Source: Flavobacteriales bacterium
GTDB lineage: Bacteria; Bacteroidota; Bacteroidia; UBA10329
Length of the DNA stretch: 45,162 nt
Direction of reading: 5' to 3'
Assembly: GCA_049608805.1 (NCBI GenBank)
Contig: JBMYXX010000001.1
Location: 1 to 45,162 of the forward strand
In this document: positions 1 through 8,623 of the stretch, piece by piece
Numbering within the stretch: position 1 is the first letter of the stretch
Layout: every line of letters starts with the position of its first letter
Position numbers and translations under genes: made by a program
The notes under the pieces: model-generated
What the model was told of the DNA's origin: nothing
The model's database searches: none
Seen by the model: only the letters and a program-made list of their open reading frames with translations

Positions 1-55
1 AAAATTCCAAACATCAAATCAATTTGAACTTGGATAAGTACATTACGGCTTCAAA

Positions 56-2035
56 TTGCAAGACGCGCTTCACATAAAATCGAATTCAGGAATTAGAGGT
101 CGGGTTTTTATTGCCGCTTGCCTTGTCATTTTCTTGCATGTTCTAGGTGTCATTTTTCCCGAGAAAATGTGGGGCGTGCATTTCCTTTCTTTTTTGTCGG
201 GATGGCTTATGCTCGGTTTTTTGGCGATAAGCGTTTTAGGTCTGGTGTTGATTTGGTCTGCAGACTGGGATGGGGATGTGTTTAATTCTAGTACAGAAAA
301 GGATTTAGTTTGGAGCAGAATGCGATGGATTTTTCCGCTTTTGGCAGGAGCGTTTACCAACCTAACTCCCATTATTAGGGATGTGTACGGTGACTCCTAT
401 TTCATTGCCCAAGAATTGGAAGTTATGGTGCAAGAGTGGACACCAGAAATGACTGCTTCGGCCTTGGCTTATAATCCGTTAGACCCAAAAGAAGGAGTAG
501 CAACTTTCTATAACATAGCTAGTTTTTTAGGGTTTGTTTTTCAGGTCGAATCAGCCACTGCTGTAAGATATTTTCAGGTTTTGTTAGTGATGGTTTTTAA
601 CGGATTGTGGTTAAGCCTGATTACAAAATGTTGTTCGAAGCTCTCATCTCGTTTAGCACTTGGGGTTATCGGATTGCTGGTGCCAATTGGGCTGGTGTTT
701 CATCAGCATTATGAAACCTACGCCCTTCCGTTAACCATGTTTATGGGTTTTGTTTTACTGCTCAAACATTTCTATCAAAAACAAACCATTGGGGTTTTGC
801 TAGCGCTTCTTGGCTATCTCTTGGTAGGGCTAAAGTTTCACATCTCGTTTTGGCTGTTGTTTCCCGCAATAATTTTGGCGGCTCTTAATTTCATGAGTCA
901 AAAAGTCGCGGTTGTAACTAAGCTTCTAAAGCCTAGAAACACCTTCTTATTTATGGTTCTGCCAGGCTTAGTTCTTATTGCCACTGTTTATGCTCTTCAT
1001 GGTAGCATTAACGGAACAAGATTGGCTCCGCCAGATAACCTTTATGACGCATTGTTTGTACCTATTTTTCCGTTGGAAGGCGCGCCATATAACAGGTACA
1101 GTCTGTTTGGTTTGCCACATGTGCTAGACTATTTGCAAATTTCGTTCACCTGGGGGCCGGCATGTTGGTTTGTGCTAATTGTTGGCCTTTTCTCTGGGTT
1201 TTGGCGTAAGAATGCTGCGGCTTATAGCCTGAATTTGATGGTCTGTTTTGTGGCAATGATAGCGTGGTTCTTTATTCTTAACCCGTTGTTGGGAATGTCG
1301 GCAGATTGGGACCTTTTTGCCTTTCCTGCTGTTATTTTAATGGGGTTAACGGCCCAGGTTTTTGGCGCATTAGAAAACAAACCGTGGGTTAAAAAACTGG
1401 GAGCTACGGCCATTTGTTTGGCCCTGCTTAATGTTCCGGTTTACTTGGTTAATGCTAATAGCACTATGCTGGCCAGCAGATATGAGGCTTTGTTTAAAAA
1501 CGACTTTAAGCACTTTTGGATTGGTTCAAGTACATTTTTCGAGGCAGCTACAGAATTAGAACTCAACCCGCAATTAAAGCTTCAAAACCAGGTTGGAATT
1601 ACAGCAGAGTTAGAGCAGTACGCTATTGAAAATAATGATGTGGAGTACGCGGAAATTTTAAGACAAACGGCTATTACATATGGTAATCTTGGGAATCTAT
1701 CTTCCGCATTAGAATTTCACCAAAAGGCCGCTTTATATGGGCCTAACCTTAAAAAGAATGTGGTTGATTTGGTAGTGGTGAACTTTAAGTTGAATCAGCC
1801 CCAAAACGCATTACAGTACTTAGATAAGTTGGTTGCTGGCGGATATCCATCCAAACGAAAAGCTGTGCTTATGGCTGTGCATGTTTCTGTTGCTGCTAGA
1901 GATTACGAGCGAGCAAAGTTTTACTGCGGCTCTTACTTACAGCATATTCAGGAAGATGCTTTTCTACTAAAAGTGTACAATACGCTTAATTCTGAGCAGC
2001 CTTCGGAGGCCGCTAAGCTGTTTGCCGGTTCGTAG
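56..2035 (+). CDS. Polytopic membrane protein with C-terminal TPR repeats (paralogue 1 of 3; GT-C-like architecture suspected)
   Basis: 659-aa ORF. The first ~460 aa contain many hydrophobic segments, followed by TPR-like helical repeats (e.g. YAEILRQTAITYGNLGNLSSALEFHQKAALYGPN). It shares the motifs FPxxxWGxH, YGD, HxETYA and NPLLGMSADWDLFAFPA with ORFs 2038..4164 and 11559..13529. The track start is TTG, so the true start is uncertain. Confidence 0.65.
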   Translation: MQDALHIKSNSGIRGRVFIAACLVIFLHVLGVIFPEKMWGVHFLSFLSGWLMLGFLAISVLGLVLIWSADWDGDVFNSSTEKDLVWSRMRWIFPLLAGAFTNLTPIIRDVYGDSYFIAQELEVMVQEWTPEMTASALAYNPLDPKEGVATFYNIASFLGFVFQVESATAVRYFQVLLVMVFNGLWLSLITKCCSKLSSRLALGVIGLLVPIGLVFHQHYETYALPLTMFMGFVLLLKHFYQKQTIGVLLALLGYLLVGLKFHISFWLLFPAIILAALNFMSQKVAVVTKLLKPRNTFLFMVLPGLVLIATVYALHGSINGTRLAPPDNLYDALFVPIFPLEGAPYNRYSLFGLPHVLDYLQISFTWGPACWFVLIVGLFSGFWRKNAAAYSLNLMVCFVAMIAWFFILNPLLGMSADWDLFAFPAVILMGLTAQVFGALENKPWVKKLGATAICLALLNVPVYLVNANSTMLASRYEALFKNDFKHFWIGSSTFFEAATELELNPQLKLQNQVGITAELEQYAIENNDVEYAEILRQTAITYGNLGNLSSALEFHQKAALYGPNLKKNVVDLVVVNFKLNQPQNALQYLDKLVAGGYPSKRKAVLMAVHVSVAARDYERAKFYCGSYLQHIQEDAFLLKVYNTLNSEQPSEAAKLFAGS

Positions 2036-2037
2036 AG

Positions 2038-4164
2038 TTACAGCCTGAAAATCTTCACCAATTCCTCAATTCTATCGTTGTTTTGTAAACGAGTATGAAT
2101 AGTGTTGATGGTCTTATCATCTGGGTACAGACTAACATAAGACAATGCGTATTCTTTGGCCGCTTCATAATTGCCAGATTCTAACGCGCAGTTAATTCCA
2201 ATTCTCAGTGCTTTTTTGTCGCTAGGATAGCTGTTTTCAATCAAGAAGTCGGCTTGAACTAGTGCAGCCGGATAGTCTTCTAAAACGAAGTAAGTTTCCA
2301 TTAGGTAAAGCGCAAAAATGGGGTTGTCTGGATGGTCTTCTCTAACGTTTTCAAAGAATGTGCGCGCCATTGGATAGTCTCTCACTTTACGTAACAGATT
2401 TAGCCCTTCCTTTTCAATACGTTCGGCACTCCAACCCTTAGAGCCCTCGTTGTTTACCACCGACAAACGAGTGGTCGATTCTGAAAGCAAATCGGCAATT
2501 ACTGTAGAGTTTGGATTGTAAATCACCGCTTCTTCTAGCCGTTCTTTTGCTTTTTCGTATTCCTTAGTTACTGTTAAAAAGTAGTAGCCATCGTCCATTA
2601 GTAGATTGGCATACATGGGGTCTTTTCTTGGAACAGAAATAGGCCTTAAATCATCTAAAATGGCCTGCTTACGCGATAGGTAAGAGCTCATGTTGTCTGG
2701 AATGCCAAGTGCGGTAATTATTACTCTGCTAGAATGCAGGTAATAGGTTCGGTACATTCTTTTTCCAACCGCTTCTAGCCGGTTAGATAATGGTAATGCC
2801 GTTGCATTTACAATAAAGAACGGGCTTGCAATAAGGAGCAATGCCAACGTGCTGGGTATTAGATAGGAAGGCAGTTGTTTCGTTTCAATTTGCGCCACCA
2901 ACACTACAATAAGAGTAAGTAATGCAGGTGCAGGAAATGAAAACAAATCCCAATCCATTGGCATGGAAACCAATGGGTTAACCATAAATAAAAGGGCAGA
3001 GAAAAGAAGAACTGTGGTTGCTAGGCATATTACCACCGGGCTAGCTAAGTCTAGTTTGTTTCTGAATAAAAGCGGTAAGCTAAGTAGCAGTAACCAAGCT
3101 GCCGAAGACCAAGAAAAAATGACATTCACAAAATCTAGAATATGATTCCAACCCAATAAGTTGTAATTGTTAAGCGGATATTCTGGAGATAAAATAGGGA
3201 GAAACAGACGGTCAATGTCTTTTACATCATCTAAAAATCGTGGATCGTTGTAATCCTTTAAAACAAAGAAGTAGAGCACTGCGCCAACAAGAAAGATAGG
3301 GGCAACAAACCATAGTTGAGACGTTCGGTATGTAATGTTGCTTCCACTTTTTTTATGCTTGTAAAATTGAACTAGGCTGAGTATCCAAGCTGGGAAAAGA
3401 AGCAGACAAAAAGGGTGTAATCGAGCACTAATTAGCAAGAGAACAAGGAGAACGGATAAAAGAAGACCGCTTTTCCTTTTGTGTTGAATTACCAACAAAA
3501 CCAACCACGATATCAGCATAAAGAAAACAGGGGCGTAGGTTTCGTTATGGCCGTAAAATATCTGCGTAAATGGCGCAAAAAGTCCGGCTACCATCATTAA
3601 AAGTTGCCATTTATAGTTGGTTAGATAATAACGAACAAAGCCAATCCATACTATGGCGTAACCTAATCCAAAGAGTAAACCGGCCCACTTAAAAACCTCC
3701 TGGTAGGTGTAGTTGTTAGAGTAGGCTATTAATCCATATATGTAAAGGATTGTCTTTCTACCCATTGAAGGCAAAAAGCTTGCTGAGAACAATTCTTGAT
3801 AAAACTTTTCTGGCAGTTTTGATGGTACGGTTTCTAGTCTGCCTCGGTATTGAAAAGCGTCTCCGTACTCATCTAGTAGTATAGGGAATGAGTGGTACAG
3901 TGCCACAACAATGAAGAGTAGCAACGGTAACCAGAGTAGTTTTGCTTCTCCATCTTTTGTAGAAAAAAGCCTCTCCAGTTTTACTGGAATTTTTACCTGT
4001 TTAGGAAAAATTAGCAGCGTACCAGCAAGCGCCAGAAGTACAACTTTTAAAACACCTGGGGCAAAATAGATGTAGTGGAAACCCCAGAGGCTTTCAGGTA
4101 TAAGGAAAGCTAATAGATACAGTGCAAACAGCGCGGCACCAATTAATCTAGGAGTTGCAATCAC
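2038..4164 (-). CDS. Polytopic membrane protein with C-terminal TPR repeats (paralogue 2 of 3)
   Basis: 708-aa ORF with a GTG start. Same architecture and motifs as paralogue 1 (LLDEYGDAFQY, GHNETYAPV, NPLVSMPMDWDLFSFPAP). The C-terminal TPR-like region includes YEKAKERLEEAVIYNPN and YPAALVQADFLIENSYPSD. It is convergent with the previous gene, with the stop codons only 2 bp apart. Confidence 0.65.
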   Translation of the reverse strand: MIATPRLIGAALFALYLLAFLIPESLWGFHYIYFAPGVLKVVLLALAGTLLIFPKQVKIPVKLERLFSTKDGEAKLLWLPLLLFIVVALYHSFPILLDEYGDAFQYRGRLETVPSKLPEKFYQELFSASFLPSMGRKTILYIYGLIAYSNNYTYQEVFKWAGLLFGLGYAIVWIGFVRYYLTNYKWQLLMMVAGLFAPFTQIFYGHNETYAPVFFMLISWLVLLVIQHKRKSGLLLSVLLVLLLISARLHPFCLLLFPAWILSLVQFYKHKKSGSNITYRTSQLWFVAPIFLVGAVLYFFVLKDYNDPRFLDDVKDIDRLFLPILSPEYPLNNYNLLGWNHILDFVNVIFSWSSAAWLLLLSLPLLFRNKLDLASPVVICLATTVLLFSALLFMVNPLVSMPMDWDLFSFPAPALLTLIVVLVAQIETKQLPSYLIPSTLALLLIASPFFIVNATALPLSNRLEAVGKRMYRTYYLHSSRVIITALGIPDNMSSYLSRKQAILDDLRPISVPRKDPMYANLLMDDGYYFLTVTKEYEKAKERLEEAVIYNPNSTVIADLLSESTTRLSVVNNEGSKGWSAERIEKEGLNLLRKVRDYPMARTFFENVREDHPDNPIFALYLMETYFVLEDYPAALVQADFLIENSYPSDKKALRIGINCALESGNYEAAKEYALSYVSLYPDDKTINTIHTRLQNNDRIEELVKIFRL

Positions 4165-4307
4165 AGATAAATGAGCTTGTGATGGTTTATGGAATTTTAA
4201 TGACCGATAGTAAGCGGCCTAGTCAAAAGTAATTGAATTACAAGAACAAATTGCTGGTGATTAGGTGATGTTATTCGCTAATTTCGGTGTTCTCAAAACA
4301 CTTATTT

Positions 4308-6281
4308 ATGAGCACATTTAAGCGGTTTTTAGCGGTTGTTATGCTGGTTTGTTGCAGCATTAACCTGAAAGCGCAAGACACGTCTGCCGCCACTGTGTGG
4401 ATGGAAGCAATGCTGGAGGCCATCAAGAATGAGGAAGGCAGACCAACTATTCATGCTCGCAACTTGTTTCATGCATCTGTTGTTTTGTACGATGCTTGGG
4501 CTGTTTATGACCAAACAGCCGAAACCTATTTGTTAGGTAAAACGGTACATGGTATTCATTCCCCGTTTGATGGCCGTTGGGAACTAAAGGGTATGAACCT
4601 AGACAGTGCTAGGAACGTTACCGTGAACTATGCTATTTACAGGTTCCTGTGGAATAGATTTAATCAGTATTCGAGTAAGAATAGAACAATTATACCGTTT
4701 GATGATTTGTTCGATAAGCTTGGTTTTGATCGCAATTTTCGGTCTCAAGATTATTCATCAGGTTCGCCAGCCGCATTAGGAAATTACATTGCCCAATGCA
4801 TGATTAACTACTCGGTACAAGACGGTTCTAATGAAGATGATCAACACCAAATTCGCCATTATGAACCAATAAATAGGCCCATTAAGCCGCATAAACCCGG
4901 TACAAATAGAATTGGAGACCCTAACAGATGGCAGCCTATAGCTGTTAGAGAGTACATTGATAAGCGCGGGTTTGAACCAGACCTGCTGGAATGGAATGTG
5001 AATGTTCTTGTTTTGAATGAAGATGTTTTCTTAAGTCCAGAGTGGGGAGCGGTAAATCCATTTTCGTTGAATAAGGATGAGGCCGTGGTTAACCAACGCG
5101 AAGGGTTTGATTACATCGTTTACAATGACCCAGGGAATCCACCTTACATCAATTTGGAGTTAGACTCTCTTGACGAAGCCTCAGAGCAATATAAATGGGG
5201 CTTTTTGCTCGTAGCATTGTGGTCATCGCATCATGCGCCCACAGATTCGGTAATGATTGATATTTCGCCAGGGGCAATTGGGCCAGTAGAAAAACTGCCT
5301 ACTTCGTATTCTGATTACCCGCAGCTTTTTGATTTAGAAAATGGTGGAATTAGAACCACTGGGCATAAGATTAATCCCTATACCCAAAAGCCATACAAGG
5401 CAAACATTGTTCCACGGGGAGATTACAGTAGGGTTATTGCCGAGTATTGGGTTGATGGAGTAAACACTTACACGCCTCCTGGTCATTGGGTTAAGCTACT
5501 GCATGATGTAAGCTATCATCGCACCTGCCATAAAAAATGGAAGGGAGAAGGGGAGGTTTTGAGCCAGCTCGAATGGGACGTTAAGGCGCATTTGGTTATG
5601 GCCGGAGCTTTACACGATGCAGCTATTGCAGCTTGGGGTGCCAAGGGCTGGTACGATTACGTAAGGCCTATTTCGGCAATTAGATTGATGGCAGAAAAGG
5701 GACAATGCTCAGATAAGTCTTTGCCAAACTATCATCCGGCAGGATTGCCAATTATTGAAGGGAAAATAGAATTGGTTACAAAATCGGATTCACTTGCTGG
5801 GCCAAATGGAGAGAACGTTGGTAAAATGAAAATGATGAGTTGGCGAGGGCCAGATGAGGTGCAGAATCAGCTCATAGACCAAGCTGGTGTTGGATGGGTT
5901 TTAGTTGAAAATTGGTGGCCGTACCAACGCTATTCGTTTGTAACGCCTCCGTTTGCTGGTTATATCTCAGGGCATTCTACGTTCTCAATTGCAGCCGCTG
6001 ATGTGCTAACAACAATTACTGGAGACCCATTTTTTCCTGAAGGGCTAGCGGAATTTACAGCTAAAAAGAACGAATTCCTGATTTTTGAGGAGGGCCCCAG
6101 CCAAGATATTACACTGCAGTGGGCAACTTATAGAGAAGCGGCCGAAGAAACGTGTTTGTCAAGAATTTGGGGTGGGATACATCCACCCGCAGATGATATT
6201 CAAGGAAGAATTGTAGGAGAAAAAATTGCTAAGTCGGCAACTAAAAAAGCTGAGGAGTACTTTGAAGGAACGGCAAAATAA
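4308..6281 (+). CDS. Secreted vanadium-dependent-haloperoxidase-like / PAP2-superfamily protein
   Basis: Signal peptide MSTFKRFLAVVMLVCCSINLKAQ from ATG 4308 (the ORF track starts at GTG 4287). The complete tripartite PAP2/V-HPO motif is present: K-x6-RP (KGWYDYVRP), SGH (GYISGHSTF) and R-x5-H-x3-D (SRIWGGIHPPADD). The large helical N-terminal region is typical of the haloperoxidase-like branch. Confidence 0.75.
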   Translation: MSTFKRFLAVVMLVCCSINLKAQDTSAATVWMEAMLEAIKNEEGRPTIHARNLFHASVVLYDAWAVYDQTAETYLLGKTVHGIHSPFDGRWELKGMNLDSARNVTVNYAIYRFLWNRFNQYSSKNRTIIPFDDLFDKLGFDRNFRSQDYSSGSPAALGNYIAQCMINYSVQDGSNEDDQHQIRHYEPINRPIKPHKPGTNRIGDPNRWQPIAVREYIDKRGFEPDLLEWNVNVLVLNEDVFLSPEWGAVNPFSLNKDEAVVNQREGFDYIVYNDPGNPPYINLELDSLDEASEQYKWGFLLVALWSSHHAPTDSVMIDISPGAIGPVEKLPTSYSDYPQLFDLENGGIRTTGHKINPYTQKPYKANIVPRGDYSRVIAEYWVDGVNTYTPPGHWVKLLHDVSYHRTCHKKWKGEGEVLSQLEWDVKAHLVMAGALHDAAIAAWGAKGWYDYVRPISAIRLMAEKGQCSDKSLPNYHPAGLPIIEGKIELVTKSDSLAGPNGENVGKMKMMSWRGPDEVQNQLIDQAGVGWVLVENWWPYQRYSFVTPPFAGYISGHSTFSIAAADVLTTITGDPFFPEGLAEFTAKKNEFLIFEEGPSQDITLQWATYREAAEETCLSRIWGGIHPPADDIQGRIVGEKIAKSATKKAEEYFEGTAK

Positions 6282-6287
6282 GTAGGA

Positions 6288-6737
6288 CTAGGGTTTACGA
6301 TAATCAATCCTCTCCAATTGGTCTAGAACTTGGTCTGTTTCCAATTTTCCTTCTAAGGAATAGAGTTCATCTCCTTTTTTCCATCCAACAAACATCATGG
6401 CCGGAAACTCTGTGTGTCTGAGCTGCTTGGAAAATGAAATTCCAATGTCTGAAGTGCTTTGAGCAGAAACACAAATGAACCGGTCTTTCATTTGATTTGC
6501 TATAGCGCGATTAGCGAATACGGTGTCTCTGTAGTAGGAGGTGAGAGCCTCATTTTCGTCCTCCCAAATGAAAAAGAAAAAGTCTTTCTTATTCTGAATA
6601 GCACGCTGGTTTAGTTCTGCAAGCGTTCCCTTCTGGAACATTTTATTCTGCTTACTCTGTGCCTGTGCAGCAAAGCACGATACAGCAACAAGAGTTGAGA
6701 TTACAGCTAAAAACCGAAGGCTACTTATCATGACCAC
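6288..6737 (-). CDS. Secreted thioredoxin-fold-like protein lacking the CxxC motif
   Basis: Signal peptide (M)ISSLRFLAVISTLVAVSCFAAQAQ. ATG at 6731 is an alternative to the GTG at 6737. The layout resembles thioredoxin/DUF255-type proteins (KKDFFFFIWEDENEALTSYYRDTVF...EFPAMMFVGWKKGDELYSLEG), but the position expected to hold CxxC reads WEDENE. Confidence 0.5.
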   Translation of the reverse strand: MVMISSLRFLAVISTLVAVSCFAAQAQSKQNKMFQKGTLAELNQRAIQNKKDFFFFIWEDENEALTSYYRDTVFANRAIANQMKDRFICVSAQSTSDIGISFSKQLRHTEFPAMMFVGWKKGDELYSLEGKLETDQVLDQLERIDYRKP

Positions 6738-6765
6738 CGGGAATTACAATACTTAGGCCAAACAA

Positions 6766-8598
6766 TTACTTGCTTTGGCTAAAGCCAGAGGCTGCAGTAT
6801 TTGTGTTTACCTGAGCACGTAGTGCATCCATTTCGGACTTAACGCTGTTTAAAGAAGCCTCATAACGTTCAAGCAAAGCTTGTTGGTTATTAATAATTGC
6901 TTGCTGGTCTTCAACTTTTTGGCTTAGCTCCTGCGTAGCCTTTACCAACGGCACTACAAATTCGGCATATCTAATTCCGTAAGCACCATCAGCATTTGCG
7001 GGAGCATCAACTCCGCTGAAATCAAACCCACTGTTGTTAGCAGCTGTTTCAACTTCTTGAGCAATGAATCCTGTAAAACGTACACCGTTCTTGCTGTTAG
7101 CAGCATGTCTCAAACCTTCAGGAATTATTCTTCCGTAAAAGGCCTCTATGGCATCAACATTATAATTGTATGTAACGGGTCTTAGTTTGTTTACAAAGTC
7201 AAGACCAACAACATTCTCTTCAATAGCAGACTTAAATCGTTTGTCAGAAGAGGCAGTCCAGTTAACATAACCACCAATGGTTTGTGTGGCCGAGTTACCA
7301 ATCATTACCGAGTTAGAGGCAGTTGTTGCAGCATTATATCCGATGGCAGTAGAATTACCCCAATTAGCAATAGCGTTAGCCCCAACTGCCACAGCATAAG
7401 CAGAATCAACATCGGCCGCATGACCAATACCAACTGAATACTGCTCCTCTACATTTGTGGTGTAACCCATTGCAATAGAGTTTGCAGAATATGTACTACA
7501 TGATGCACCAAACGCAATAGAATAGTTTCCGTTGATGTAAGCGTTAGCTCCGAATGCCATACCTCTGTTGTATCGCGCATCAGCGTCATACCCAAAAGCA
7601 ATGGCTCTTGTACCATCGGTGTAAGTATAATTACCAAAAGACATACAACCATTTGCCTGTGCCCAGGCGTAGTAACCAAAAGCAGCAGCATCATTGTCCT
7701 CTATAGAAATGTCTGCACCAACAAAAGTGTTTCTATAGGCTGTATTGTCTCCACTAAAGTCCGCGTATGCTCCAACACCAGTGTTGTAGTTTCCTTCTCG
7801 GTTTGTATATCCACAGAAAGAACCAACGTACGTATTGTACCATGCTTGTGTTGAGTTATTGGTTCTGTTGTTGTCGTACCCAGCATAGGCGCCAACAAAC
7901 GTTACAAAACTCGCATACTCACTACCAGCGCCAGAACCTGCTCCTAGGTAAGTGTTGTAATCTCCAGTTGAGTTGTCAATACCCGCAGAATCTCCTAGCG
8001 CTGTATTGTGGTGTCCATCACGGTTATCGTAACCAGCTTCGCTACCTACAAAGCAGTTTCTATAACCGGTTGTATTGGTACGCCCAGCAGTAGAACCAAT
8101 AAAGGTGTTATCACTTGCTGTTGTGTTGTTGTAACCTGCATCCTCACCAATAAAGGTTAAGTCATCGCCTGTGGTGTTGTATAGTCCACACTCCTCTCCG
8201 ATAAAGACTACATCAGAACCCGTGGTATTGTTATAACCAGCGTAAGTCCCAATAAAAGTTCCATCTGTGTCGGTATTCTTATATCCAGCGTTGTCTCCAA
8301 CACCAGTATTGTCTTGCCCTGTTGAATTTGTAAAACCTGCGTGCTCACCAATCCAAGTGTTTTGTTGACCCGAAGTGTTGTTGTACCCAGCGTTTCTGCC
8401 AAAGAAAGCATTTTGGCTTCCAGACGATGTACGGTGGCCGGCAGAATCACCAAAAGCAACGTTATAATCACCAGAGGTAATGCTGTTTAGCGCTCCAGAA
8501 CCCTGAGATTCATTAAGGGTTTGGGCAACAGCCATTTGCATTACCGAACCACTTAGGAAAATGGTACTTATTGAAATGAGTAATTTTTTCATTTTCAT
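6766..8598 (-). CDS. Tail-fibre-domain / YadA-head-like repeat protein with C-terminal S74 intramolecular-chaperone domain and coiled coil
   Basis: Signal peptide MKMKKLLISISTIFLSGSVMQMAVAQ. About 12 degenerate repeats of the type G.NAGYNNTTG.DNTFIG are followed by Hep_Hag-like repeats (RAIAFGYDA, RGMAFGANA, YSIAFGAS, NSIAMGYT, YSVGIGHA, YAVAVGANA, NSTAIGYNA, NSVMIGNSA). The SDKRFKSAIE...LRPVTYNY motif (nt 6931-7254) is typical of the endosialidase-type auto-cleaving chaperone. The C-terminus is a heptad-like tail (QELSQKVEDQQAIINNQQALLERYEASL). Confidence 0.7.
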   Translation of the reverse strand: MKMKKLLISISTIFLSGSVMQMAVAQTLNESQGSGALNSITSGDYNVAFGDSAGHRTSSGSQNAFFGRNAGYNNTSGQQNTWIGEHAGFTNSTGQDNTGVGDNAGYKNTDTDGTFIGTYAGYNNTTGSDVVFIGEECGLYNTTGDDLTFIGEDAGYNNTTASDNTFIGSTAGRTNTTGYRNCFVGSEAGYDNRDGHHNTALGDSAGIDNSTGDYNTYLGAGSGAGSEYASFVTFVGAYAGYDNNRTNNSTQAWYNTYVGSFCGYTNREGNYNTGVGAYADFSGDNTAYRNTFVGADISIEDNDAAAFGYYAWAQANGCMSFGNYTYTDGTRAIAFGYDADARYNRGMAFGANAYINGNYSIAFGASCSTYSANSIAMGYTTNVEEQYSVGIGHAADVDSAYAVAVGANAIANWGNSTAIGYNAATTASNSVMIGNSATQTIGGYVNWTASSDKRFKSAIEENVVGLDFVNKLRPVTYNYNVDAIEAFYGRIIPEGLRHAANSKNGVRFTGFIAQEVETAANNSGFDFSGVDAPANADGAYGIRYAEFVVPLVKATQELSQKVEDQQAIINNQQALLERYEASLNSVKSEMDALRAQVNTNTAASGFSQSK

Positions 8599-8623
8599 TT
8601 TACTTCTTAGGTAATAAGCTCAA

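Noticed and set aside
2031-2042. A convergent gene pair with stop codons 2 bp apart (TAG 2033-2035 and TAA complement 2038-2040). I looked for a shared terminator or overlapping regulatory element.
   Set aside because: There is no room for a hairpin between the stops, and I saw no obvious stem-loop within the adjacent coding ends. I note it only as context in the paralogue finding.
7449-8471. Several 65-108-aa ORFs in other frames or on the other strand within the 610-aa fibre gene (7449..7694, 7701..7898, 7767..8093, 8208..8471).
   Set aside because: They lie wholly inside a well-supported repeat-rich CDS. Their translations are low-complexity echoes of the repeat composition (runs of T/L/V/Q), with no start context or motifs.
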